Shown here piece after piece: positions 39,225-52,738 of a stretch of DNA of 64,000 bases (positions are counted from its first letter, which is position 1; each line of letters starts with the position of its first letter). Source of the DNA: Octopus vulgaris (taxonomy: Eukaryota); contig OX597816.1 of NCBI GenBank assembly GCA_951406725.2, positions 127,968,001 through 128,032,000 of the forward strand. Reading direction: 5' to 3'. Made by a program: the position numbers and the translations under genes. The notes under the pieces are model-generated. The model was given only the letters and a program-made list of their open reading frames with translations. It made no database searches and was not told the origin of the DNA.

Positions 39225-40499
39225 CATATATATACATATATTTATTTATTAACAATATTAATAATATGAATTACTACAAAGTTGCATAGCATTACCTTTA
39301 AATTCATTAATTTATATACTGCCTTACATAGACCTACACATGTTTCAATTTCACCGATTAGTAACTGTTGCAATTAGTGCATTTTCTTCATGGTCTTTAC
39401 TTAATATCCTTCAATTTGGCCATTTAAAGATTTTCTTTTATCTAATCTACATTGTATAATGTAGAGCTGTCCATTAAGTTAGACTCAAACAGTCTCCATC
39501 TGAAGTTTTTATTGGATAATTATTTTTAGCCCATTACTTCAAAACGTTCTATTGTTTAAATGAGTAATTATTACTTCTGAGTTTCAGCTAGCTAGGAAAC
39601 GTATGTAGCCTGGATTTTACTTGTTCCATTCCCTCAATTTGGATATTTATTCATAGCAACCCTATTTGCTCACGGGAAACTATAAAATAACATTTTTGAG
39701 CTTTATTGAACTTTGATATGAGAAAAACCTACACCCTTCAATGCCAATAAACTATTATTGTTCCTGAAAGTTGCTTTTTATACTTATTATGATTTGCTCA
39801 AAGCTTACTAACTTCTTACACCTAGGTGTGTAATAAGATACATATCCTATCTTCTTTACAATTCTGTGATTAAAAAGGTTCCTTTTCAACCTACTCTAGA
39901 ATAATTATAATAATTCAAGGCTTATTGTACTCTTAAAATATTCTCATAGTATTTGCCTATATTTTTTAATCTGATACATTCAAGTGTCCAATATCATAAT
40001 AAATTAATTAAATACAAGGAATTAGTTTAAAAACCTGGCATTGCAGTACATTTCTCATATAAAATTCAAATTTTGCATCTACTAATTTGCTCAATTTATA
40101 CACAGTTATATAAATGAGATGAAACAAAAATTTGTAAAAGGTTTGTTAGTCAAAACTGTCATTAGTCAGTATTAAGAATACTCACATAATGGAATTATTA
40201 CAGCAATTTTAAATAAAATAATCAATACAAATTTTGCATATTGGTATTCTGCATACAAATTTGGAGTCAGAGAACATATGTGTGTGTGTTATGAATGTAT
40301 GTCTAATTCCTCTGATGCCACTAATTTCAGTGGAAGTGTCAATACTTAATTTTATTTCATTACTTCTCTCTTACTGTATGTATTTATATCTTAATCTTTA
40401 TCTTTTACTGATTTTAGCCAAAAGCTGGGTCCATGCTGGGGCACCACTTTTCAGTGTGTTGGTTGTTTCTTTTTTGTACTGTTTTTTTTTTTTTATATA

Positions 40500-41300
40500 A
40501 TAACAAGTTAGATGGAGCTGCTCTTCTTTGTGCTTCCTGCTTTGATGTGGGCTCATCTGGGATTTTAGATAGAAATTTGTCCACACGCTCTTGGAAGACG
40601 TCCACATCTACACCCTGCATATGTCTGAGGCTGTTTGGCAGGATGTTAAATAGTTGTAGACCCTTAAAACTCAAGCTGTTGCAGTACTGGGTCCTTATAT
40701 TACATAAAAAAAAAGTGTGATCTTTAGTATCATGCAGTGCCATCCAGTTCAGTGATTAGTGGTTGGCATACCTTTCATTTCCAAAGCTGGGAACCAGACC
40801 TTCAGGTTCTTCCATATGTATATCACTGCATATCTTTCACTCCTCTCTAGTTTCAGTTTTTAGAGCCTCTCCTTGTAGCTCATCTGTTTCATTGAGTCAT
40901 TGTTCTTTGTGTAGTGGTGCTGGATTGCCTCAAGTTCTGCCATTAGTTTGATTGATGTTCTGTGGCAACCACAGTTAGAAGCAATAATCCAGGCAACTGA
41001 GAATAAAAGTTTCCCATAGGAAATACATGGTATCCTTTTTTTCTGGTTCTGAATGATCACAGAATCCATTCAGCTACATACCCATACATTGTTGCCATCT
41101 TGGTAGTATGCACATGGAACTGTTTCATCATTACTCATGTGGATTCCCAGGTCATGCACTGATACAAACTCTGGGATTGCACTATCCCTAAGTCCTGTGT
41201 ATTATAACTGTAGTTTGTCTGTGTGCCAATCGTGGAGTACTTGAAACGTCTCAGCACTGAACTGCATGTTATTTTCATCAACCCATTTGTAAGAATCTAG
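40500..41300 (-). mobile_element. 3' fragment of a CR1/L2-group LINE
   Basis: Minus-strand peptides LEAIQHHYTK..SMKQMSYKERL, EEPEGLVPSFG and QYCNSLSFKGLQLFNILPNSLR...FQERVDKFLSKIPDEP are typical of the post-RT region; frameshifted. Confidence 0.8.
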
Positions 41301-43062
41301 ATTCATCTTGAGAAAACTACTTTCTATAATAGTTTGCTAATCAAGGAACTGTTTCATCATTTAGTGTCTGCTTTCTGTGGTGGCAAGGGTTAGATGGTTT
41401 GACTAAAATTGAAGAGATGCATCAGGTTCCAATCTGATTTGGCACAGTTTCTTATAGTTGGATGTCCTCCTAATACCAACCACTCCAAGAGTGTAATGGA
41501 TGCTTTTCATGATCCACCAGCATGGTTGCCAGTTATGTGACACTGGCGAATTAAGTATATAGTGGGTAGTTACCTAAAGTGTCTGCTTATAAGCTCCAGT
41601 CACAAAATATAATTTACTACCATTTAGTATTTATCAGAAATAATAATATTACTTTTAGATATTGTTATGTTGGTAGTAGATTCTTTCTTAAGTTATCTCT
41701 GTGAATGTTCCCATCTAATAGTTCACTAGCTTATTTTGAGGTAAAGCAAATAAATATTAGACTAATCCCCTGTCTAACTACTTGTTAAAAGACAAGTGAT
41801 CATTGTACTATTGTAGAGGATAAGGTTTATAATCTCCACTACTTAAACCCACTCTTGGGTTTTTGTTCGTTTTTTTTTTAATATTTTGTTTCATTTGCTC
41901 TCTTCTATTCTTGTCAACTTTTTAGCTTTCTATTTTCATTTATTTACTCTGCTCTGTTAACTTCTTCCCTACTAAATTCAGTTCCAAACACTTAGAATGA
42001 TTTAAATATTAACTTCTATGAGTGTATTTTTCATCTCACTTTTCCTGCATTCCACTCTAATTTTTTCCCTTTATGTCTTTTTTTATTTTTTAAAGCCTTC
42101 TCTATATCTGTGCAAATGTTGATTTTTCTATTCAAAACTGTGACACCTTCCTGGTTATTGTATACAGTCCCCAGCAAACAATTGAGTACATTGTATTGTA
42201 TAAAAGGCTAAACACTAGGTGGAATTAAGCTTACAATCTCTTTTTCAGTCCACTACTTTTTGTTACTGAAGGACATAAACTTCCTCAATGTCCATATACT
42301 TCAGTAATATTGATATTTTAACCATTTGTTTGCTTGTATGTTTATTTTACTTTTAATGCCCATGCAGTATTTGATAAATCATTTGTTTTGTTCACATTCT
42401 AGTCATCTCTGATATCCTACAGTATTACGTTTTTCCATAAATAAGTAGAAAAAAATCTAATAGACTTTTGTTATAGCCTAGCACATACTCTGGCTTTGTC
42501 AGTAACTCGATGGAGAAGTATCATACTTTTCTCCGTCATTTATAATAAAAGTTGGAGGATTTTTAATTAAACCGACTGAATATTTTACTTTGTATGTTAC
42601 CAGTGGTTGGTTCTATATCATTTAAATATACTGCAGAACATCAGAAATGATGTTGATTGATTATTGATTACAAATCATTTTGAATGCCTCAAAAGAGAAA
42701 GTTCTTGAATAAAATTACCTTACATATAAAATTTGTACTGAAAAACAAAACAGGAATATCATTTATTATGAAAATTTCCATCTTATTTTTACTGCAGTAT
42801 CAAATTATATTCAAGAAATTTTTTTTAATTTTTTTTTTTTTTTTTACCTAATGATCAATATGTTGATAATTTTTCTTGGGTCTATTTTTGACTGTTTGCA
42901 CATCTAAATGCCTGATATTTTCCCTTCTTATTCCCTCCATCCCACCCAACCAAAACAAAAGAAAATGCAATTGAAGCAATATGATCATATTAACAAAAAA
43001 TCTACATCAGAAATAATATTTAGAAATATGTTCTACATTTGTAATTCCCTTTTTTCTTTCAG

Positions 43063-43137
43063 TTTGTCGAACATCTTGTCCACGTGGATACTATATGGTT
43101 AAACCTTGTACGACTAAAAAGGATGTTGTATGTAAAG
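43063..43137 (+). CDS. Coding exon D: TNFR-like cysteine-rich module 1
   Basis: tttttctttcag|TT...AAAG|gtaagg; 75 bp, phase 1-1. (L)CRTSCPRGYYMVKPCTTKKDVVCK matches the CxxxCPxGxxxxxPCTxxxDxxC pattern of TNFR/NGFR cysteine-rich repeats. Confidence 0.92.
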
Positions 43138-44278
43138 GTAAGGTATTCAATTGCAGTGAACACACTTGTGCTATTAGATTTTTACTACTTCATCAATAAA
43201 ATCAATATAAGCTATGACATAGCTATAAATCATTCTTCACAGGAATCATTATGAAAGTGAACGTTGCTTACATCACCCACAAAGAGATACTGTCTTTAAA
43301 CCACAAAACCAAAAAATGTTTCTTATGACTACAAACACACTTTTAATTGTGGTAGAGAAACTAAAGTTAGCTCTTTAAAAAAACCTCTAGATGTATTAAT
43401 CGCCATAGCAATGTTTTTGTTTAAAATGCTCATGTGTTACAGAAAGAAAACAAAAGATGAAAGACAAAATGTATAAACTCTATCAGCAACAATTTCAAAG
43501 CATTTCAAGTTGTACTGAAAAGTAGGACTGTCGAATTTAAGAATTGTTGCATATATTTCTCCTTTTCTACTGAGTGGATATCAATATCTTAACACTGTTT
43601 CCTGGAAATAACAGCATATGCTTTTCCAGCCTTAATATCTATGCATAAGTATACATCAATCAAGTTATCTATCTATGTGAACTGCCTCTGTAAGTGTGTG
43701 TGTGTGTGTGTGTGTGTGCATGTTAAGAAAAAGATAGGGAATGTAAACACACGCACACATATCTGTACACACAAGATGCAAGAAAGTGACTAAAGAAAGG
43801 ATAGGAACAATGAATATGACAGCAGACCTTTCAATTTGGCATTCCAAAAGGCCATAATTTACAGGAGTGTTCCTCATAGGTAGGCCTTCCAGCTTCATTT
43901 ATTTTTTAATGAATGCTTTCGTAATGTTATCAGTTAATCGGTATGGCATGGACTGTGAGGAGAAGGTAAAGTTTAGAGCAGTGGATGTTAAAACTGATTT
44001 GAGCACTAGTGCTCAAAATAGTGATAGTGTTAATATCACACAGTTGGGTCCCTCATCATAAATGTCTTCCATACACAGTTACTGAGCTTTCAGAAAATTA
44101 TTGACAGTCTATGAACATGCTTAGACAAAATATGTATTTACTAACAAAGCTACACAACACATGAAAATGTTCAGAATTTTTAATTAGTCCTGTATATATA
44201 TATTGTCATTTGTCTGGACCTCTAATAGGAAGTGCCTCGAGTGAAAATAATGTGACATGATTACAGACAGGCAATGTA

Positions 44279-44310
<32 letters not shown>

Positions 44311-44312
<2 letters not shown>

Positions 44313-44658
44313 CGCAGGAGTGGCTGTGGGTTCAGTCCCACTGCGTGGCACCTTGGGCAAGTGTCTTCTACTATAGCCTCGGGCCGACCAAAGCTTTGTG
44401 AGTGGATTTGGGAGACGTCGTGTATATATATATATATACATATATATGTGTGTGTTTGTGTGTCTGTGTTTGTCCCCTAGCATTGCTTGACAGCCGATGC
44501 TGGTGTGTTTATGTCCCAGTCACTTAGCGGTTCGGCAAAAGAGACCGATAGAATAAGTACTGGGCTTACAAAAGAATAAGTCCCGGGGTTGAGTTGCTCG
44601 ATTAAAGGCGGTGCTCCAGCATGGCCGCAGTCAAATGACTGAAACAAGTAAAAGAGTA
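44311..44658 (+). mobile_element. SINE family A (tRNA-like head, CORE-like GGCACCTTGGGCAAGT, internal TA/TG array)
   Basis: B-box-like GGTTCAGTCCC and conserved 3' end CAGCATGGCCGCAGTCAAATGACTGAAACAAGTAAAAGAG; many copies in the window. Confidence 0.9.
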
Positions 44659-46132
44659 TATATATATATATATCTTATGTATAATAAAATACAATGTGTG
44701 TCCTGTTGGCCATGCTGGTAGGAGGCTAAAACAACAAACCAAGTGGGAGTGAATGAGTAACTGAACTGCCAGTTCGAGAGAAATTTGATTTCATTCAGCA
44801 TTTGTTGTAGTTGGGGATAATTTCAATAAATCATAAATTCAGTTTATATGCTAATATACCTTTTTATAATTTTTTGTCCTAATTCATGGCACATGACCAT
44901 TTTTGAGCCATTTTCGCTTGGTTCATTTTTGTCATCTGTGAATGTCTGTACATGCAAACACGCAAACATGCACATATATCATATAGATATATGTATAGCA
45001 TGCATACACATATGCATATATATATATATGCATATTTGTGTTATTTATATATATATATAAGTATATATGTTTATATAGATACATACAATGGGTGATAAAA
45101 TACTAGTTTAATTGTTATATAGGTAGTCACCAAGTGGAGCTACAGAGATCAGAATCATAAACTTCAGCTTGTTCACCAGGGTGAATTAGAGCAGAGGTAG
45201 AAAAGTCAGCTAGAAGAGCAATCAGAATGAAGCTGGTTTGTAAGTAGAAAGACAGACAGACATTAAACAGGTATAAGGAATATACTTATATGCAAGTTAC
45301 ATATACAATTTACATGATGTAATCAGTACATCTCTTTACTGCTGGTTTGGATGGTTGATGACTGGTTGGTATAACAATGCATCTTATGTAAGCAGGTGCA
45401 ATACGGAGGCAACATTGTACATATGCATAATAAAAGCTAAGTGAAGTATCAGCTAGTATGGATTTTGATAGCTCAATGCAGCAGAATCACTGCATTCCCT
45501 TGAAGATGAAAGGAATAGATGTGTGTGTATATATATGTATTTATACACATGCACATATATATATGTACACACATACAAGCATAGTTCGACAGACTCCAAA
45601 GAGGTTGGTGTTTGTCTGCATTGGCAATACTTGTGTAGTTAAATTGATAAAAAGAGTAGAGTGAGTTTGCTGTAAGGAGTGGAAAAATCAACATTTCATA
45701 CCATGTCCCTCTTCAGGAAAACTTGAAAGGAAAGAAATAATTTAGAGACAACAGGGATTTACATCCTCTAAGTTAAAAAAAAAAAAGAATTTAGAACTCT
45801 GCTCTAACTCATTTATTTCTCTCCTTTCAACTTTTCCCTGCAGTAGGGCACTGTCTGAAACACTGGATTTTCCAATCCACACAGTAAGTTCACTGTACTC
45901 TTTTTATTGATTTTACTACTAAATATATAAGCAACATACATGTGTGTATTACATGTGTGTACATATATATACATACACACACAAACACTCACAAATATAT
46001 TATACACAGAATTCTGATGAGCTGACATTCAATTGTATCAATACAATGATACACCCTGAGACTATAGTTGCATATGTTATATAATAATATAGAAATATTC
46101 TTGAGTTCAAATATGAGTGACACAATTTATTC

Positions 46133-46420
46133 TTTTATTTGTTTGTCGATTGACTGCGGTCATGCTGGAGCATCACCTTTTAGTTGAAGAAATCAATCCC
46201 AGGACTTATTCTTTGTAAGCCTGGTACTTATTCTATCAGTCTCTTTTGCCGAACTGCTAAGTTGCAGGGACGTAAATGTACCTACATCAGTTGTCAAGTG
46301 ATGGTGGGGGGACAAAGACACACACATAAATATATACATATAAATATATATATACAAGCTTCTTTCAGTTTCGTTTGGTTAAGAAGTAAGCTTCTTACCA
46401 TGCAGCCATGCCTGTACCTG
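46133..46420 (-). mobile_element. SINE family A, inverted and internally deleted
   Basis: Reverse complement of the family-A tail and head (GCTGGAGCATCACC; AAGCTTCTTACCATGCAGCCATGCCTG). Confidence 0.85.
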
Positions 46421-46545
46421 TAAATTAATGTAATAATTCAATTTTCTCATTATTTTATGATATATATATATATGTATGTGTATATAGGTGTGTCTGTATA
46501 TATGTTTATGTATGCATTTGTCTGTATACATGTGAATATATGTGT

Positions 46546-47178
46546 AGGTGTAGCTGTGTGGTAAGAAGCTTGCTTCCCATCCAAGTGGTTCCAGGCTCAG
46601 TCCCACTGCATGGTACCTTGGGCAAGTGTTTTCTACTATAGCCTGCCAACCAAAGCCTTGTAAATGGATTTGATAGATGGAAACTGTCGTCTGGCACCTG
46701 TGTCGGTGGCACATAAAATCACCCACTACACTCTCGGAGTGGTTGGCGTTAGGAAGGGCATCCAGCTGTAGAAACACTGCCAGATCTGACTGGCCTGGTG
46801 CAGCCTTCGGGCTCACCAGACCCCAGTTGAACCGTCCAACCCATGCTAGCATGGAAAGCGGACGTTAAACGATGATGATGATGATGATGATGATATATAT
46901 AATAATAATAATAATAATATGAGGGAATATTATTCCAAACTCATATACATATATATATATGTATATATTTGTGTGTCTGTGTATGTACCCACCACCATCA
47001 ACTGATACTAGTGTGTTTACATACCTGAATCTTAGTGGTTCAGTAGAAGAGACCAATAAAATAAGTACTAGACTTACAAAGAATAAGACCTGGGGTCGAT
47101 TTGTTTGACTAAAACTGCTTAAGGTGGTGCTCCAGCATGGTCGCAGTCAAACAACAGAAACAAGTAAAAAAAAAAAGA
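46546..47178 (+). mobile_element. Composite SINE: family-A head, family-C segment with (GAT)n tail (~46690-46893), family-A tail
   Basis: Switches after GATGGAAACTG to the GGAGTGGTTGGCGTTAGGAAGGGCATCCAGCTGTAG...GGACGTTAAACGATGATG module; family-A 3' half resumes at ~46970. Confidence 0.8.
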
Positions 47179-47456
47179 ATGTGTGTGTGTGTGTATGCAC
47201 AAAAGTGGAGGTATGGCTGTAATTAAGATTTTGCTTTGCAACCTATTCGTTTTCGGTTCAGTCAAAAGCTTATCATATATCTACTGTGTGTGTGTGTGTG
47301 GATAGACTGACTGACAGTCAGATATGTAGCTGCATGCATATGTTTGTTTATACATCATTTTCCTGATTCTGAAAATATGAAACTCAGACAAGCTTGTATA
47401 GCATGCCACATATTTCTAATCAATGATTCAGACTCTAGAGCCTGTATATGTATATA

Positions 47457-47496
<40 letters not shown>

Positions 47497-47498
<2 letters not shown>

Positions 47499-47850
47499 CA
47501 TAGGAGTAGCTGTGTCGTAAGTAGCTTGCTTACAGACCACATGGTTCCGGGTTTAGTCCCACTGCATGGCACCTTGGGCAAGTGCCTTCTACTATAGCCT
47601 CGGGCCGCCCAAAGCTTTGTGAGTGGATTTGGGAGACGGAAACTGAAAGAAGCCCATCATATATATGTTTGTGTGTCTGTGTTTGTCCCCCCAACATCGC
47701 TTGACAACCGATGCTGGTGTGTTTACATCCCCGTAATTTAGCGGTTTAGCAAAAGAGACTGATAGAATAAGTCCTGGGGTCAATTTGCTCGACTGAAGGC
47801 GGTGCTGCAGCATGGCCGCAGTCAAATGACTGAAACTAGTAAAAGAGTAA
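47497..47850 (+). mobile_element. SINE family A
   Basis: Collinear with 44311-44658 and 49722-50190. Confidence 0.9.
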
Positions 47851-48052
47851 CTATGCAATTAATGCTGGCTGCATAGCTGTCAAACAGTTTGGTATTGTAT
47901 ATACTCTAACTCTGAAATATGCATTCTACATATATATAAATGTCATCATTACATTTAGTAAGATCAAGCTTATACAAATTCACGTGTATGCTTATCCAGC
48001 CCAACATTAATGATAATAATTTGTTATTTAAATTTTTGTTTGTTTTCTTCAG

Positions 48053-48124
48053 CTTGTGATGTATGTAAGGGGACGGAGTATGAAATCACACCTTGTCGAG
48101 CTGCCCAAAACAGAAAATGTATTG
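48053..48124 (+). CDS. Coding exon E: TNFR-like cysteine-rich module 2
   Basis: ttgttttcttcag|CT...ATTG|gtaagt; 72 bp, phase 1-1. (A)CDVCKGTEYEITPCRAAQNRKCI has the CxxCxxxxYExxPCxxxxNxxC pattern. Confidence 0.92.
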
Positions 48125-48865
48125 GTAAGTTAATTTACTTTTTCAAATTTAGGCAAATATTAAATCAGTTTGGAAAAACTTAATTCCACTTACCTTTAGG
48201 ACTTCACTTGATTTATTAATTGTTTATTTTTATTTTTCAGCTTAGCTTAAAAATTGATGCTTACATTGGAAACTTAAAATAAATCAGCAAGGAAACCTGT
48301 ACGCAGTCACTTGACCTGCTAGAGATAGCGACTAAATTGCTCTTAAATCTCACCTTACCACCTTAAAAAAAGGAGTATATTAAATACACTGTTTCTGAAA
48401 AGAAGTCAGAGTGGTCATGACTGGAAAGTCTTTGCCAGTGTTCTCCTTAATCTAGAACAAACTTAAACAGCTTTTATTTATTTTCCTATCAGTTTTTCTC
48501 TAGGGCTTAATGACTACAACAAGGACTAAAAACATGAAATGTTAGCATTTTCTATATTCATTTTATTTTACATGTTGCTTAACACTTCAAGGGCAAAATT
48601 GTTTAGCATAATATTTATCATCATGGTAAAATGCAATGATGTGTATATTGTATGTCAGTGATGACACAACAGGATCTGAAATTTCATTGTAATTAATACA
48701 AAGACTGTAAATAAGCAATACTGGAAATGACTTCAAGAAATATAAGATTCTAAGGGCCACAGATGAGCTCTTTTATAGTTCTTAATAATTTTGGTGTCTT
48801 TGTAATTTAATTGTTGATGTTTTGTCAATCTATTGGTAGTTAATTGCATCATTCTTCCTTTCTGA

Positions 48866-49080
48866 GGGTGGTGAGCTGGCAGAATAATTAGCATGCCAGG
48901 CAAAACGCTTGTTGGCATGTTATCTATCTTCACATTCTGAGTTCAAATTCTGCTGAGGTTGACTTTGCATTTAATCCTTTTGGGGTCGATAAAATAAGTA
49001 TCAGTTGGACACTAGGGGCAATGTAATTGATTTATCCTCATCCTGAAATTGCTGGCCTTGTACCAAAATGTCAAACCATT
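48866..49080 (+). mobile_element. SINE family B
   Basis: GGTGGTGAGCTGGCAGAA...TTCTGAGTTCAAATTCTGCTGAGGTTGACTTTGC...GGCCTTGTACCAAAA; B-box-like GAGTTCAAAT. Confidence 0.85.
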
Positions 49081-49470
49081 CTTCATTTCATAATATAGCA
49101 GTGACAACAGTCATAATAATGAAGAAAAAGAAGTCAACTAGTTTGCTTATACTATCCACAAAGGACTATACAAAACAGCTGGTTTTATAATCTGCAATAC
49201 ATTACTTAGTTTATTGTCCTTTTCTCAGTTCAGTTGATCTAGAATTTATTTTGGGGAAGGATTGAACAATAACATTATAGGCTCTGACTCTGACCAAGAA
49301 CATTTAACTATGTACCTATCTGAGCAATATGTAAAGTAACACCTCATTTAGAAACAGAAACAACACAATGTTTAATTCTTCTGTTTTACAGTCATGTTTG
49401 AATATTTAAATGAAATATTCATTCTTTGTTGAATATGCAGATTCAATTACTTTTTCCCTTGGTATTTCAG

Positions 49471-49530
49471 ATGTCACTTTCCCCACACATCAAATTAGAT
49501 ATGATGGTAAAACCTGTTCAAAAGTTGCAG
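49471..49530 (+). CDS. Coding exon F: 20-aa linker
   Basis: tttttcccttggtatttcag|AT...GCAG|gtatgt; 60 bp, phase 1-1. (D)VTFPTHQIRYDGKTCSKVA keeps frame between exons E and G. Confidence 0.8.
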
Positions 49531-49721
49531 GTATGTTTTATGTCTTTTTTTTAATATGATTTATTTTAAATTTCTAACATTTCAATTTTGCTTGATTAAA
49601 AAAAAAAAAGTCATATGATAATTAACCTCTTTCTGTGAATAAATAAAGATATTGCATTAGTAAAGTGAAATGGGAAAACATTTGTCAACCACACGTTAAC
49701 TTAGGTCATTTTTAGAAAAAT

Positions 49722-49927
49722 GTGCGTAGGAGCGGCTGTGTGGTAAGTAGCTTGCATAGGCGTAGAAGTGGCTGTGTGGTAAGTAGTTTGCTTACGAACC
49801 ACATGGTTCTGGATTCAGTCCCACTGCATGGCACCTTGGGCAAGTGTCTTCTACTATAGCCTCGGACCGACCAAAGCCTTGTGTGTGGATTTGGTAGACG
49901 AAAACTTAAAGAAGCCCGTCGTGTGTG

Positions 49928-49973
<46 letters not shown>

Positions 49974-50190
49974 TGTGTGTATATGTTTGTGTGTCTGTGT
50001 TTGTCTCCCCAACATCGCTTGACAACCGATCCTGGTGCATTTACGTCCCCGTAACTTAGCGGTTCGGCAAAAGAGACTGATAGAATAAGTACTAGGCTTA
50101 CAAAGAATAAGTCCTGGGGTCGATTTGCTCGACTAAAGGCGGTGCTCCAGCATGGCCACAGTAAAATGACTGAAACAAATAAAAGAGTAA
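49722..50190 (+). mobile_element. SINE family A with tandemly duplicated head
   Basis: Full-length copy; the first ~35 bp (GCGTAGGAGCGGCTGTGTGGTAAGTAGCTTGC) occur twice. Confidence 0.9.
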
Positions 50191-50490
50191 TGGAAAACAG
50201 CAAACTATTAGTAAAATTGAACAACTTAACTTATGATGTCAGCCTATCTATCTTCATTGCTCCATAGACCGGAAAGCAAATTTGTTACACTATTTGTTAT
50301 GAATTTAGCAACTACTAAGTAAGTTAATTTCAACAATCAATTGAATCATTAGAGCATCATAGAAAAAGCCATGCAGTATTTGTTCCAGTTCTTTACATTC
50401 TGAGTTCAAATCTTGCTGTGGTTAACTTTACCTTTCATCTTTACAAGGTCAATAAAATAAAGTACCAATCAAGAATTGGTGTCAATTTAA

Positions 50491-50710
50491 CCCTTTCGTT
50501 ACCAACCCAGCTGAAACCGGCTCTGGCTCTGAGTACAAATGTCTTGTTTTCATAAGTTTTGAATTAAAATCTTCCACCAAACCTTAGTCACAATTTATGT
50601 TTCTAACACTAGCTTAATGATAACGTAGTTATTTTACTAAATTCTTTGTTATATTTAAAGTAATTGAAAGAAGCACAGTGTATCTCAAAATAAATACAGT
50701 AACAAAAGGG
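50491..50710. mobile_element. piggyBac-type MITE inserted into a SINE
   Basis: TTAA|CCCTTTCGTTACC...GTAACAAAAGGG|TTAA. Interrupts a family-B SINE (~50370-50770). Confidence 0.88.
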
Positions 50711-51344
50711 TTAATCATTTGACTCCTCTCACTAAAATTACTAGCTTGTATCTAGATACAAGACAATTATTCCATTAGAGATGCAATTCTTTCAAGTTGT
50801 TTAAAAAGTTCCACAAACTGGGATTGATAACCTACAGAATCAACATTACATTTACTTCGTCTTCTGATAAACAAAAGTATAATATAAAAATAGTATTTAT
50901 AGTTTTCATATCTTCTGTAAAATACTTGAAAGAATCGGGTTATTTATATCTGGTTTATAAAGTTGACAGTCTCAGAAAACTCTGTCTTATCACCCATCTT
51001 CCTAAATTTTACTTACCTGATAAGTGACACACTGTCACTACAACACACTATGCATATATATTCTTACACTGATATTGTTTCAATCACATCTCCCCCATGT
51101 CCATCTAACCAAGTCGTCCATGCAGTTATATAAAAACAAAGTTGCACCCAACAAATCCATCAAGAATATCTACCCATCAGTGTCAATAACCATAAGATGC
51201 AAGAGAGTTAAATTGTAGATATATCATACAATATTTCAATACCATTAATACAGAATAAACAAAAAAAAAGGATTAGATTAAACAGCAGCATATTTCCACT
51301 GGTATATCATTTAGTCCATCATTAGCTTTAGTAATTTTGTAAGC

Positions 51345-51570
51345 CAGTGAGCTGGCAGAACCGTTAGCATACTGGGCAAGATGCTTAGTAACATTTAGTC
51401 CATTAGTCCATCTTTACATTCTGAGTTCCAATTTCACTGAGGCCAATTTTGCCTTTCATCCTTTTGGGGTTGATAAAACAAGTACCAGTTGAACACCAGG
51501 GTCATTGTAATCAACTTACCACCTCCACCGAAAATTCTGGTCTTGTGCCAAAATTTGAAACCATTAATTT
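51345..51570 (+). mobile_element. SINE family B
   Basis: Collinear with 48866-49080. Confidence 0.85.
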
Positions 51571-52738
51571 TAGTAGTTTTGTCTGAGTTCCAGATGTGTT
51601 TATCACAACCACAATAAACTACAAGCTCCACTAACTTCTGGCTACCACAATAGATTAGTGTGGAAGAACAGTAAATATAATATTGTTGTCAAGACCCAGC
51701 TTAGTACTTTTGCTGTGGCCACTGCCAGTACCTGCAGATACACAAGAATAAATTGAAGAATGCAACATATCTATACTGCTATGTTACACCCTGTGCAATA
51801 GGCCAATACTTGTCTTAGTATACATTGTCATCCTCAACCTAAGCAGTGGCATGGTGCTCATGAAATATGACTGACAAAGCTTAATATGGTTACATACCTA
51901 CAAATTATTAGTTGCCATTCCATATTTCCAAATCTACTATGTTAAACTAAAGTACAAGCCTTAAATAGGCAAGGAGTGTTATAGAATTCAATCTTTACAG
52001 CAACTGCTGCTACTTATAATTCCTGCAAACACCAAGGCAGAGTAGCCTTCATTCATGAATTACTGCTACAACACCAAGACAAACACAATATCCTCAAAGT
52101 AGCAACAACTTCAATAGTTTAACTCTCAGTTCTGAAGAATTAGTTAACATTCATAAAGCACAATTTGCTTGCTTCACTGAAATCCACACATTCACACACT
52201 CTCTCTCTCTCACTCACACACACACACACACACACAGCTGGACTGACAAGAAACAGCAATGATTACACTGCACATTCATAACCTCAAACTCTGCATGATT
52301 GAGTGTGTAATGTAGTTTGAATGTTAACAGCCCAAACACTGTGTTAACAAGTCCACCATGTTGGATATGTGGATTGCTTATGAATGTCTGATTAATTACA
52401 TCTTTGCTGTTGGTCTATCCAGGCAGTACTAACTAGAGATACTAAACTAGAATTAAAACTATGTTCATCTAATATTTTTGTAGGGTGATGTCAGTATACT
52501 TGTACCTTGAAAATTTAAGGCCACATTCCTTGCTTGTGTTTTAAAAAGTTGTTTTCTATCAGTAAAATTATGCACAAACTAAATCAACGTCAACTGAATA
52601 AAATATGACAAGCCATATGTTTTATCAACCATTAAATTATTAATGATTTTAACCAATTAAATAGTATTTTAAAAGTTAGTTATTTTTAAGTTTGAATTCT
52701 TTTATAAGAATTGTTTTCTTTCTATTACTTCTTTACAG

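Noticed and set aside
44311-44400. tRNA gene
   Set aside because: A/B-box-like head of a multicopy SINE; no cloverleaf.
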